Source of the DNA: an uncultured bacterium
GTDB taxonomy: Bacteria > Krumholzibacteriota > Krumholzibacteriia > LZORAL124-64-63
NCBI GenBank assembly: GCA_963732385.1
Contig: CAVSZB010000007.1
Coordinates: forward strand, 96,001 to 160,000
Direction of reading: 5' to 3'
Length of the DNA: 64,000 nt
The notes beneath the pieces were generated by a model, which saw only the letters and a list, made by a program, of their open reading frames with translations, was not told where the DNA came from and made no database searches. Shown piece after piece: positions 1 to 8,884 of this stretch; position 1 is the stretch's first letter; every line of letters starts with the position of its first letter. Position numbers and translations under genes: made by a program.

Positions 1-1488
1 GCCGACCGGCAGCGGGCCGACAGCGCCACTCGCGCCGCCGACCTGCGCGGGGAGGCGGCCGAGCTGGAGCGCGAACGCGACGCCGCGCGGGCAGCGGTGG
101 CTGAACTGCGGCTGGTGCGTTCCCGGGCGGAGGGGGAGCGGCGCGAAATCGAGACCGCGACCACGCATCTGCGCGAGAGTGGCGCCGAGTTGTCGGCCCG
201 TGAGGAGCGTCTCGGGCAGGAGACGCAGATCCTGTCCGAACAGGCCGCCGCCATGTCCGCGGAACTCGGGGAGCGGCGCGAGCAATTGGCCGGGGGTTTC
301 CAGGAGAGGGAGCGGCGCCGGCAGCTCGTGCAGGCGGCGGCGGAGTCGATCCGCGCGCTGCACGCCGAGACGAACGCCTGGCACGACCGCGTCAAAGCGA
401 TCGAAGACCAGCGCGCCGCCTGTCGCGAGCGTCTGCACGGCTTCGAGACCGAGCTCGCCACGCTCGATGTGCGGCGGCGCAACCTCGTCGACCGGATCGA
501 GGAGCAGTACAAGGGGGGCTTCCGGGAGCTGGTGCGGTCGGTTGACCCCGCGGTGCTTCCGGATGAGCTGGAACGCGACGGAGAGGTGTTCCAGGCCGAC
601 CAGGCCGCGACGTTGCTGGCCGACCGGCGTGAGAAGCTGAATGCGCTCGGCCCGGTCAACCAGCTGGCGATCGAAGAGTACGAGACCAGGAAGGAGCGCC
701 TGCGCTTCCTGGAAACTCAGCTCAGGGATGTCGAGCAGGCCAAAGCCGATCTGCTCGATGTCATCCAGCAGATCAACCGCACCGCGCGCAAGCTGTTCGG
801 CGACACCTTCGAGGAGGTGCGCCGCAACTTCATCGCGGTGTTCCAGACCCTCTTCGAGGGGGGGCGCGCGGAGTTGGAGCTCATCCGCACCGATGACCCG
901 CTCGAGGGCCAGGTGAGGATCGTCGCGCAGCCGCGCGGCAAGCTGGTGGACAACGTCAGCCTGCTGTCGGGCGGCGAGCGCTGCCTGACGGCGCTGTCGC
1001 TGCTGTTCGCCGTCTACCTGGTGAAGCCGTCGCCGTTCTGCCTGCTCGACGAGGTGGACGGCCCGCTCGACGATTCCAACACGAACCGTTTCGTGCGCAT
1101 GCTGCGGGAATTCTCCGGTTCCACGCAGTTCCTGGTGGTGACGCACAACAAGCTGACCATGGAGACCGCCAACCATCTCTTCGGCGTGACAATGATGGAG
1201 GCCGGCGTGAGCTCGATGGTGTCGGTCTCGTTCCAGGATGTCGCCCAGACCCGTTCCGACGACGAACTCGGGCGCGCCATCGCGACGCGCCGGCGCGAGC
1301 TCGATCGCCAGGTCGCCGCGCGCGCGCTGCTCGCACAGGACGACGCTGACGAGTCGCCGGGAGCCCGCTTCACCCTCGATGATGCCGACGGCGACTCCGC
1401 CGAAGAAGCCACCGCCGCCGCCGAAGCAGCCGCGGCGTCCGACGCGCCGGTCGCGGATGCGACCGCGGCGGGGGAGGGCGCCGCGTGA
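1..1488 (+). CDS. smc: Chromosome segregation protein SMC, C-terminal part (5' truncated by window)
   Basis: Frame is open from base 1. Coiled coil, LGPVN motif, ABC signature LSGGE, Walker B/D-loop CLLDEVDGPLD, H-loop VVTHNK. Lies next to ftsY. Confidence 0.95.
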   Translation, partial: ADRQRADSATRAADLRGEAAELERERDAARAAVAELRLVRSRAEGERREIETATTHLRESGAELSAREERLGQETQILSEQAAAMSAELGERREQLAGGFQERERRRQLVQAAAESIRALHAETNAWHDRVKAIEDQRAACRERLHGFETELATLDVRRRNLVDRIEEQYKGGFRELVRSVDPAVLPDELERDGEVFQADQAATLLADRREKLNALGPVNQLAIEEYETRKERLRFLETQLRDVEQAKADLLDVIQQINRTARKLFGDTFEEVRRNFIAVFQTLFEGGRAELELIRTDDPLEGQVRIVAQPRGKLVDNVSLLSGGERCLTALSLLFAVYLVKPSPFCLLDEVDGPLDDSNTNRFVRMLREFSGSTQFLVVTHNKLTMETANHLFGVTMMEAGVSSMVSVSFQDVAQTRSDDELGRAIATRRRELDRQVAARALLAQDDADESPGARFTLDDADGDSAEEATAAAEAAAASDAPVADATAAGEGAA

Positions 1489-2567
1489 TCCGCGGGGCGC
1501 TGGATCGACTGCGGCGTGGTCTGAGCAAGACCCGCGTCGATTTTCTCGGCAGGCTGAGCGCCATCTTCGGCGGGCGCGTCCGTCTCGACGCCGACACGCT
1601 CGATCAGATCGAAGAGCTGCTGCTGCGCGCCGACATGGGCGTGGCAGCCAGCCTGCGCATCACGCGCACCCTCGAGCAGCGGGTCAAGGCGGCCGGCGGC
1701 GAGGCGACTCTGCAGGGGGTGCTCGAGGTGATCCGCGCCGACGCGCGCGACATCCTGATCTCCGCGCGTCCGCGCGTCAGACCCCCCGATTGGGATGCTG
1801 TCGAGGCGGCCGAGACCGGTCGGTCGGCGCCGGGTGGCGGCGGGACCAGGCGGAAGAAAGGGCGCGCGGCCGCTTCGCCGCCGTCGGCGGACGCGCCCGA
1901 AGCCCTGTCCGCGTCGACCGGTCCGGAGGTGCTGCTGATCGTCGGCGTCAACGGCACCGGCAAGACCACCAGCATCGCCAAGCTGGCCGCGCTCCACAAG
2001 GCGCAGGGACGCTCCGTGCTGCTCGCCGCGGCTGACACTTTCCGGGCGGCGGCGGTGGAGCAGTTGTCGGTCTGGGCGGACCGCGTCGGCGTGCCGTGCG
2101 TGCGTCAGGGACAGGGGGCCGACCCGGCGGCCGTCGTCTTCGATGCGCTGTCGGCCGCGGCCGCGCGGGGGCACGACCTGGTCATCGTCGACACCGCCGG
2201 GCGTCTGCACACCAGGACCAACCTCATGGCCGAGATGGCCAAGATCGCGCGGGTGATCGAACGGCGGACCGGCCGTCCTCCCCGCACGCTGCTGGTCGTG
2301 GACGCCAACACGGGGCAGAACGGTCTCGCCCAGGCGCGGGTGTTCGCGGAGACGATCCCGGTGGACGGACTGATCCTGGCCAAGCTTGACGGCACGGCCA
2401 AAGGGGGCATCGTCATCGCGATCGCGGAGGAGATCGGGCTGCCGGTGCTCTACGTCGGCACCGGAGAGACCGCGGCCGACCTGGCGGAGTTCGACGTCGA
2501 CGCTTTTCTGGAGGCCTTTTTCGCCGACTGGCAGGGGGCGGAAGAGGGGGATGCCGGCGCGTCTTGA
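1485..2567 (+). CDS. ftsY: SRP receptor FtsY
   Basis: GVNGTGKTTSIAKLA, DTFRAAA, DTAGRLH, AKLDGTAKGG and VGTGE motifs. GTGA overlap with the smc stop. Confidence 0.96.
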   Translation: MIRGALDRLRRGLSKTRVDFLGRLSAIFGGRVRLDADTLDQIEELLLRADMGVAASLRITRTLEQRVKAAGGEATLQGVLEVIRADARDILISARPRVRPPDWDAVEAAETGRSAPGGGGTRRKKGRAAASPPSADAPEALSASTGPEVLLIVGVNGTGKTTSIAKLAALHKAQGRSVLLAAADTFRAAAVEQLSVWADRVGVPCVRQGQGADPAAVVFDALSAAAARGHDLVIVDTAGRLHTRTNLMAEMAKIARVIERRTGRPPRTLLVVDANTGQNGLAQARVFAETIPVDGLILAKLDGTAKGGIVIAIAEEIGLPVLYVGTGETAADLAEFDVDAFLEAFFADWQGAEEGDAGAS

Positions 2568-2592
2568 CGTTTGTCGGCGCATGACTTACGTT
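2564..2592 (+). promoter_or_regulatory. Putative sigma70-type promoter for the rib operon
   Basis: TTGACG-N17-TACGTT overlapping the ftsY stop, about 45 nt upstream of the riboswitch. Confidence 0.55.
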
Positions 2593-2634
2593 TCCTCCTT
2601 CACGCGGCGCCTCAAGGTGTCCGCGAGACGATCC

Positions 2635-2748
2635 GCAACTTCGGGGCGGGGTGCAAGTCCCCACCGGCGGTGACAGCCCGCGAGCCCGCAAGGGCAGATC
2701 CGGTGGAACTCCGGGGCCGACAGTGAAAGTCTGGATGGGAGAAGTTGG
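2635..2748 (+). ncRNA. FMN riboswitch (RFN element)
   Basis: AACTTCGGGGCGGGGTGCAAGTCCCCACCGGCGGT...CCGCGA...AGATCCGGTG...CCGGGGCCGACAGT..AGTCTGGATGGGAGAAGTT matches the RFN consensus. P1 is AACTTC/GAAGTT. Directly upstream of ribD. Confidence 0.96.
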
Positions 2749-2825
2749 GGAAGCTGCGCGGCCGTCCACCGGCAGGGGGGACGCTGCGCCCTACCCGCCT
2801 CTCCCGCCCCGCAACGGGGGCGACA

Positions 2826-4010
2826 ATGCTCACGCCGCCACAGCCTGACGACGCGCGCTGGATGGCCGAAGCGCTGGCGCTGGCCGCGCGTTTGCCGCAC
2901 CGCCCGTGGCCCAATCCACCGGTCGGCGCGGTGGTCGTGCGCGATGGCCGGGTGGTCGGCCGCGGTGCGCACCTGGGCGCGGGGTTGCCGCACGCCGAAC
3001 TGCTCGCGCTCGACGAGGCGGGCGAGGCGGCGCGGGGGGCCACGCTTTTTCTGACGCTCGAGCCGTGCAACCACCAAGGTCGCACGCCACCCTGCGCGCC
3101 GCGCGTGGCGGCGTGCGGTCTGGAGCGCCTGGTGGTCGCCGTGGCCGATCCCAACCCCACCGTGCCGGGGGGCGGCCTGGCGGTGGCGCTCGACGCCGGC
3201 CTCGCGGTCACCGTGGGGGTGGCCGGGGAACGGGCGCTGGACCTGATCTGGCCGTTCGTGACCACGAACGCCTTCGAACGTCCCTACGTCCTGCTGAAGA
3301 CCGCGGTGTCGCTCGACGGTCGTTTCACGCCGGGTCCCGCGCCTGTGGGCGCCGCGCCGCAGCCGGCCTACCTGACCGGGCTCGCCGCGCGGCGCGATGC
3401 GCACATCCTGCGCCGCTGGGCCGACATCGTGCTGGTCGGCGAGCAGACCGCGGCCGTCGATCGCCCGCAACTGAATGGCCGGCTCGTGCCGGATGAAGCC
3501 GAGTGTCCGGCGGCGGAACCGCTGCCGGCCTATGCCGACAGCGATCTCAGTTTCTCCGGCGACTGGGCGCAGGAGCGTTTCCTCGCCTTTGCCGGGGAGC
3601 ACGCCGCTCCGGCGCGGCGGGCGCAGGTGGAGGCGCAGGGCGGAGTCGTGGTGTCGTGCGCCGAACGGGCCGGACGGATCGAACCGGAGTCGCTGCTGGC
3701 GGAGGCGTTCCGGTTCGGCGGACGCTTCGTGATGATCGAGGGGGGGCCGCGCCTGGCCGCCGCGTTCCTGAAGCGCGGCCTGGTCGATCGCTGGGTGCAG
3801 TACATCGCTCCGGTCTTCAGCGGCGCCGGCGTGCAGTGGCCGGAGGTGGCCACGGGCGCCGCGGAGCGGCTCCACTTCACGAGCGCGCGACCGGTCAGAC
3901 ACGATCTGCGGCTGGTCCACGACCGGCTGCCATTCGCACAACTGCTGCAGGAGTTGACCATCGACACGGTGTCCGGCCTGCGTCGCCGCGTCGGCGGCGG
4001 ACAGGCGTAG
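2826..4010 (+). CDS. ribD: Riboflavin biosynthesis deaminase/reductase RibD
   Basis: PNPPVGAV, HAE, TLEPCNHQGRTPPC, SLDG and IEGG motifs. ATG 2826 chosen because it lies downstream of the riboswitch. Confidence 0.95.
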   Translation: MLTPPQPDDARWMAEALALAARLPHRPWPNPPVGAVVVRDGRVVGRGAHLGAGLPHAELLALDEAGEAARGATLFLTLEPCNHQGRTPPCAPRVAACGLERLVVAVADPNPTVPGGGLAVALDAGLAVTVGVAGERALDLIWPFVTTNAFERPYVLLKTAVSLDGRFTPGPAPVGAAPQPAYLTGLAARRDAHILRRWADIVLVGEQTAAVDRPQLNGRLVPDEAECPAAEPLPAYADSDLSFSGDWAQERFLAFAGEHAAPARRAQVEAQGGVVVSCAERAGRIEPESLLAEAFRFGGRFVMIEGGPRLAAAFLKRGLVDRWVQYIAPVFSGAGVQWPEVATGAAERLHFTSARPVRHDLRLVHDRLPFAQLLQELTIDTVSGLRRRVGGGQA

Positions 4011-4019
4011 GAGGGGCGG

Positions 4020-4697
4020 GTGTTCACCGGCCTGGTGCGCGAGATCGGCACGCTGCGCGCGGCGACGCGCCGGGGCGGGGTCACGCGCCTGATCGTGGCG
4101 GCGCCCGGCTGCGCGCCGCGGCTGGCGCCCGGCGACAGCCTGGCGGTCAACGGGATCTGCCTGACGGTGGCGGCGCGGCGCGGCCCGCTGGTCACCCTCG
4201 AGGCGGTGGCGGAGACGCGTCGGGTCACCACCCTGGGGGAATGGCGCGCCGGCCGCCGGGTCCATCTCGAGCCGGCCCTGCGCGCCGGCGAGGGGCTCGA
4301 CGGGCACTTCGTGCAGGGGCACGTGGACGGGACCGGACGGGTCGTGGCGCACGAGCGACGTTCCGGGGCCTGGCTTCTCACGGTGGCGCTGCCGGTCGTG
4401 CTGGCGCGCGAACTCGTGCCCAAGGGGGCGATCGCCGTGGACGGCGTCAGCCTCACGCTCGACGACCGGCCCCCGGGCGACCGTTTCACGGTGAGTCTCG
4501 TGCCGCGCACGCTGGCCGCCACCTGTCTGGGCGCCCTGCGTCCGGGCGATGCGGTGAACATCGAGCTGGATGCGCTGGCGCGGGCGGCCGCGCGCGCCGG
4601 CGTGGCCGGAGCGGGCGGGGAGCCTGGGCCTTCGCGCGCGGCGCTCACGCTGGCGGATCTGCTGTCGCGCGGTTTCGGCCGCGGAGGAGCGTCATGA
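4020..4697 (+). CDS. ribE: Riboflavin synthase (alpha chain)
   Basis: N-terminal MFTGLV, SLAVNGICLTV, GHFVQGHVD, DGVSLT, VNIELD. Confidence 0.95.
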   Translation: MFTGLVREIGTLRAATRRGGVTRLIVAAPGCAPRLAPGDSLAVNGICLTVAARRGPLVTLEAVAETRRVTTLGEWRAGRRVHLEPALRAGEGLDGHFVQGHVDGTGRVVAHERRSGAWLLTVALPVVLARELVPKGAIAVDGVSLTLDDRPPGDRFTVSLVPRTLAATCLGALRPGDAVNIELDALARAAARAGVAGAGGEPGPSRAALTLADLLSRGFGRGGAS

Positions 4698-5911
4698 CGG
4701 ACGAACCGGGATTCGACACGATCGAAGACGGCGTTGCGGCGCTGCGTCGGGGCGAAACCGTGATCGTCGTCGACGACCGCGATCGCGAGAACGAGGGCGA
4801 CTTCGTGCTGGCCGCCGAGCACGTGACCGCCGAGGCGGTCAATTTCATCACCAAGCACGGACGCGGGCTGCTCTGTCTCGCCGCCACCCGCGAACGGGTC
4901 GCCGCCCTGGAGCTGCAGCCGATGGTCGCGCGGAACACCGCCCCGCTCGGCACGTCGTTCACGGTGTCTGTGGACGCCGCGCGCGACGTCACGACCGGCA
5001 TTTCCGCGCAGGACCGCGCGCGCACGGTGCGGGTCTTCGTCGATCCGGCCACGCGGCCCGCCGACCTGGTGCGGCCCGGGCATGTCTTCCCGCTGGAGGC
5101 GCAGCCGGGCGGCGTGTTGCAGCGCGCCGGACACACCGAGGCGGTGGTTGACCTCTGCCGCATCGCGGGGCTGGCGCCGGCCGGGGTGCTCTGCGAGATC
5201 ATGGACGAGGACGGCAGCATGGCCCGTCTGCCGCGTCTGCGCGTACTGGCGGACCAGTTCGGCCTGCGGCTCGTCTGTATCGCGGACCTGATCGCGTACC
5301 GCCGCCGTCACGAGATCCTCGTGCGCCGCGAGACCGAAGTCGAACTGCCGACGCGCTGGGGCGATTTCCGCCTCGTCGCCTACAGCACCTCCGTGGACGA
5401 ATCGCTGCACCTGGCTTTGGTGCGCGGCACGCTCGTTCCCGAAACGCCTGCCCTGGTACGGGTGCACTCCGAATGTCTCACCGGCGACCTTTTCCACTCG
5501 CTTCGCTGCGATTGCGGCGAGCAGCTCGAGGCGGCGCTGGCGGCGATCGCGGAGCGCGGGCAGGGGGTGTTCCTGTACATGCGGCAGGAGGGGCGGGGGA
5601 TCGGCCTGCTCAACAAGCTGCGCGCCTACCGGTTGCAGGAAGAGGGGAGTGACACGGTCGAGGCGAACCACCGGCTCGGTTTCCCGGCCGATCTGCGCGA
5701 GTACGGGCTCGGAGCGCAGATCCTGGCCGATCTCGGCGTGCGTCGCATGGAGCTGATGACCAACAATCCGCGGAAGATCGTCGGCCTCGACAGCTACGGC
5801 CTCGAGGTGACGGGGCGCGTGGCGCTCGAGGTCCGTCCGAACGCGCGCAACCTGCGCTACCTGCAGACGAAGAAGGCCAGACTCGGCCATCTGCTCGAGC
5901 ATCTGGAGTGA
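4694..5911 (+). CDS. ribBA: Bifunctional DHBP synthase / GTP cyclohydrolase II
   Basis: DDRDRENEGD, RPGHVFPL, GHTEA, RVHSECLTGD...RCDCGEQL, QEGRGIGL. ATG 4694 follows GGAGG; the longer ORF from 3503 is spurious. Confidence 0.96.
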   Translation: MTDEPGFDTIEDGVAALRRGETVIVVDDRDRENEGDFVLAAEHVTAEAVNFITKHGRGLLCLAATRERVAALELQPMVARNTAPLGTSFTVSVDAARDVTTGISAQDRARTVRVFVDPATRPADLVRPGHVFPLEAQPGGVLQRAGHTEAVVDLCRIAGLAPAGVLCEIMDEDGSMARLPRLRVLADQFGLRLVCIADLIAYRRRHEILVRRETEVELPTRWGDFRLVAYSTSVDESLHLALVRGTLVPETPALVRVHSECLTGDLFHSLRCDCGEQLEAALAAIAERGQGVFLYMRQEGRGIGLLNKLRAYRLQEEGSDTVEANHRLGFPADLREYGLGAQILADLGVRRMELMTNNPRKIVGLDSYGLEVTGRVALEVRPNARNLRYLQTKKARLGHLLEHLE

Positions 5912-5963
5912 CCGGCGCCGGCTCCGCCCCGGCGGGCGGCGGCGGCGCATTAAGGAGGAAGGG

Positions 5964-6443
5964 ATGGGCCAGACATTTCAGGGGCGTTTCGACGCCCGCG
6001 GTCGGCGGATCGCGCTGGTGGCGAGCCGGTTCAACGAGTTCTTCACGCGCGAGCTCCTCGCGGGGGCGCGCGACTGTCTCGATCGCCACGGGGTGCCCGA
6101 AGCGAATGTCGACAGCGTCTGGGTGCCGGGCAGTTTCGAGCTCCCGCTCGTGGCGCAGCGCCTCGCGCGCGGCGGCCGGTACGGGGCCGTGATCTGTCTC
6201 GGCTGCCTCGTGCAGGGCGACACGCCGCACTTCCAGCTCGTCGCCGCCGAGGTGACCAAGGGGATTGCGCAGATCGGCCTCGAAACCGGCGTGCCGGTGG
6301 TCTTCGGCGTGGTCACCGCCGAGACCCTGGAGCAGGCGATCGAGCGCTCCGGCACGAAAGCCGGCAACCGCGGCTTCGACGCGGCGCTTTCGGCCCTTGA
6401 GCTGATCGATCTGCTGGCGCAGGTCGACGGCGCGGAAGGCTAG
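5964..6443 (+). CDS. ribH: 6,7-dimethyl-8-ribityllumazine synthase
   Basis: SRFN, VPGSFELP, GDTPHF, FGVVT, QAIERSG. Strong SD AAGGAGG. Confidence 0.96.
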   Translation: MGQTFQGRFDARGRRIALVASRFNEFFTRELLAGARDCLDRHGVPEANVDSVWVPGSFELPLVAQRLARGGRYGAVICLGCLVQGDTPHFQLVAAEVTKGIAQIGLETGVPVVFGVVTAETLEQAIERSGTKAGNRGFDAALSALELIDLLAQVDGAEG

Positions 6444-6446
6444 GGG

Positions 6447-6926
6447 ATGGGCCGACGCCGCAAGGGGCGCGAGATCCTCGTGCAGGCCCTCTATGCCTCT
6501 GACGTGGGCGGATTTCCGCTGGCGCACACGCTTGACGATCAGCTGGCGCGGCGGGAGGGAGCCGACGAGACCAACTCCTTCGCCCGCGCCCTTGCTGACC
6601 AGGTCACGGTGCGCCTGCCGGTCGTCGACGCCTGGCTCGCCTCGCTGCTTGAGAACTGGGACCCGGCGCGCGTCGGCCACGTCGAACGCGCCATCCTGCG
6701 ACTCTCGCTGACCGAACTGGGGTGGTGCCCCGAGGTGCCGCAGGCGGTGGCGATCAACGAGGCCTGCGAACTGGCCCGGCTGTTCGCCGACGAGCAGGCG
6801 GTGGCCTTCGTCAACGGCATTCTCGACCGCGCGGCGCGGCAGATCATCGACGGGACGTATCCTCCGCGCGCCGTCGCACCGGATGTCGTCGCGCCGGAGG
6901 CCGGGCCGGAGGAGGCGCCGCGGTGA
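6447..6926 (+). CDS. nusB: Transcription antitermination factor NusB
   Basis: RRKGRE..VQALY, ERAILRL, AINEACELA, FVNGILD. Canonical ribH-nusB order. Confidence 0.94.
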   Translation: MGRRRKGREILVQALYASDVGGFPLAHTLDDQLARREGADETNSFARALADQVTVRLPVVDAWLASLLENWDPARVGHVERAILRLSLTELGWCPEVPQAVAINEACELARLFADEQAVAFVNGILDRAARQIIDGTYPPRAVAPDVVAPEAGPEEAPR

Positions 6927-7705
6927 GATCCTCCACCCGTGCGCACTGGCAGACCTTCTGGGAGCAGGCCGACTCCCTCTCCCTCGCCGATGTCTACGAC
7001 AACGACGGCCGGATCGTGCGGGAGATCCTCGCGGCGGGCGATGCGGCGGGCCGCCGCATGCTCGAGGTGGGGGCCGGCAGCGGCCGCGACGCGGTGGCGC
7101 TGGCCCTGGCCGGCGCCGATGTGGTCACGATCGACTACGCCGTCGGTTCGCTCGCGCTCACGGCGGAGGCGGCGGCCCGGGCCGGCGCGCGCGTGGGAGC
7201 GGTGGGCGGTGACGCCCTCGCGCTGCCGTTCGCCGACGGCACCTTCGATGTCGTCTTCCACCAGGGTCTGCTCGAACACTTCCGCGATCCGGGCCCGTTG
7301 CTGGCCGAGAACCGGCGCGTGCTGCGGCCGGGCGGAGTGCTGGTCGTTGACGTGCCGCAGAAATGGCACTACTACACCGCCGGCAAGCAGCTCCTGATCG
7401 CGGCCGGCCGCTGGTTCGCCGGCTGGGAGACGCAGTTCACGCCGCGGGAGCTCGAACAGGTCGTCGCCCGGCAGGGGCTGAGCGTCGAGAGGACCTACGG
7501 GGACTGGATGGTGCCGGGGCTGTGGTACCGCGCGCTGCGCAAGATCCTCTTGACGCGCCTCGGGCTGCGGCTTCCCATGTATCCCGATCCGCTGCCGCCT
7601 TTTTCGCGTCTCGCCGCCGCCGCGCGCCGGCGGTGGCGGGACCGCCGGGTGGCTCTCTATACGATGATGACCATCGGCGTCGTGGCCCGTCGGCCGCGGG
7701 CGTGA
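6923..7705 (+). CDS. Class I SAM-dependent methyltransferase
   Basis: MLEVGAGSG, DALALPF.DGTFDVV..QGLLEHF, RVLRPGG. GTGA overlap with the nusB stop. Confidence 0.88.
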   Translation: MRSSTRAHWQTFWEQADSLSLADVYDNDGRIVREILAAGDAAGRRMLEVGAGSGRDAVALALAGADVVTIDYAVGSLALTAEAAARAGARVGAVGGDALALPFADGTFDVVFHQGLLEHFRDPGPLLAENRRVLRPGGVLVVDVPQKWHYYTAGKQLLIAAGRWFAGWETQFTPRELEQVVARQGLSVERTYGDWMVPGLWYRALRKILLTRLGLRLPMYPDPLPPFSRLAAAARRRWRDRRVALYTMMTIGVVARRPRA

Positions 7706-7717
7706 CCAGCGCCGGAG

Positions 7718-8884
7718 GTGCTCCCCCTGAGGATCCTGGCCGTCAATTGGCGTGATATCGGCGACCCTCTCGGTGGCGGCGCCGAGATCCACCTGCACGA
7801 GATCCTCCGGCGCGCGGTGGTCGCGGGCCACACGGTCGATCTGGTCGTGTCGGCCTGGCCCGGCGCGGCGGCCGAGGAGACCGTCGATGGCGTGCGCGTG
7901 ATCCGCCGCGGCGACTGGCGGGTCGCCAACTGGATGCTGCCCGGCGTGGTCCGCCGCCTGCTGCGCGAGCGGCGCTATGATCTGCTGGTCGAGGACATCA
8001 ACAAGATCCCTTTCTTCACGCCGCTCTACGCGGGCGGAGTACCGGTCGTGGCGGTCGTGCCGCATCTGTTCGGCGGCACGGTCTTCCGCGAAGCGAATCC
8101 CGCCGTGGCCGTCTACGTCTGGGCCGCCGAGCGGGCCATTCCCGCGGTCTACCGCGGCGTCGATTTCGAGGTCATCAGCCCCTCCACCCGCGACGACCTG
8201 GTGGCGCGTGGGCTCGACGCGGCGCGGGTCACGACGATCTTCTGCGGGCTCGACCACGCCCGCCTGCGACTGGACGCGCCGCCGCCGCGCGACCCCGGTC
8301 CGCTGCTCGTCACCTGGAGCCGTCTGCGGCGCTACAAGAGTGTGGATGTGGCGCTGCGGGCCTTCGCGCTGGTGGCGCGGGAACTGCCGGAGGCGCGTCT
8401 GCTCGTCATCGGGCGCGGACCCGACGAACCCCGGCTGCGGCGGCTCGCCGCCGGCCTCGGCCTGGGCGAGCGGGTCGCCTTCCCCGGGCACCTGGCGCAG
8501 CCGGATCTGGTGCGGACGCTGCACCGCGCGCGCGTCTGCCTCAATCCGAGCCCCAAGGAGGGGTGGGGCCTGACGGTCGTCGAAGCCAACGCCTGCGGGC
8601 TGCCGGTCGTGGCGAGCGCGCGGCCCGGTCTGCGCGATTCGGTGCGTGACGGCGAGACCGGCCTGCTCGCGCCGTACGGCGATGCCGCGGCGTTCGCTGC
8701 CGCGGCCCTGCGGCTGCTGCGCGAGCCGGAGTTGTGGGCGCGCCAGAGCGCCGCGGCGCGCGCCTGGGCGGCTACGTTCAGTTGGGAGCGCTGCGCGCGG
8801 GAGTCGCTCGACCTGTTCGCCCAGGCACGGGAGCGGCAACTCGCCGGGCGTGGCGGGCGGTTGCGGACCGGGGGCGGGGCATGA
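7718..8884 (+). CDS. Glycosyltransferase family 4 (GT-B)
   Basis: NWRD...GGAE N-terminus and EGWGLTVVEANACG (EX7E) motif. Confidence 0.92.
   Translation: MLPLRILAVNWRDIGDPLGGGAEIHLHEILRRAVVAGHTVDLVVSAWPGAAAEETVDGVRVIRRGDWRVANWMLPGVVRRLLRERRYDLLVEDINKIPFFTPLYAGGVPVVAVVPHLFGGTVFREANPAVAVYVWAAERAIPAVYRGVDFEVISPSTRDDLVARGLDAARVTTIFCGLDHARLRLDAPPPRDPGPLLVTWSRLRRYKSVDVALRAFALVARELPEARLLVIGRGPDEPRLRRLAAGLGLGERVAFPGHLAQPDLVRTLHRARVCLNPSPKEGWGLTVVEANACGLPVVASARPGLRDSVRDGETGLLAPYGDAAAFAAAALRLLREPELWARQSAAARAWAATFSWERCARESLDLFAQARERQLAGRGGRLRTGGGA

Noticed and set aside
3503..4693. Long N-terminal extensions in the ORF track (ribBA from 3503, GNAT from 24904, wzx from 26418, ftsI from 30525, MglA-like from 55672)
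   Set aside because: They overlap other real genes; downstream starts with an SD or stop/start overlap fit better.
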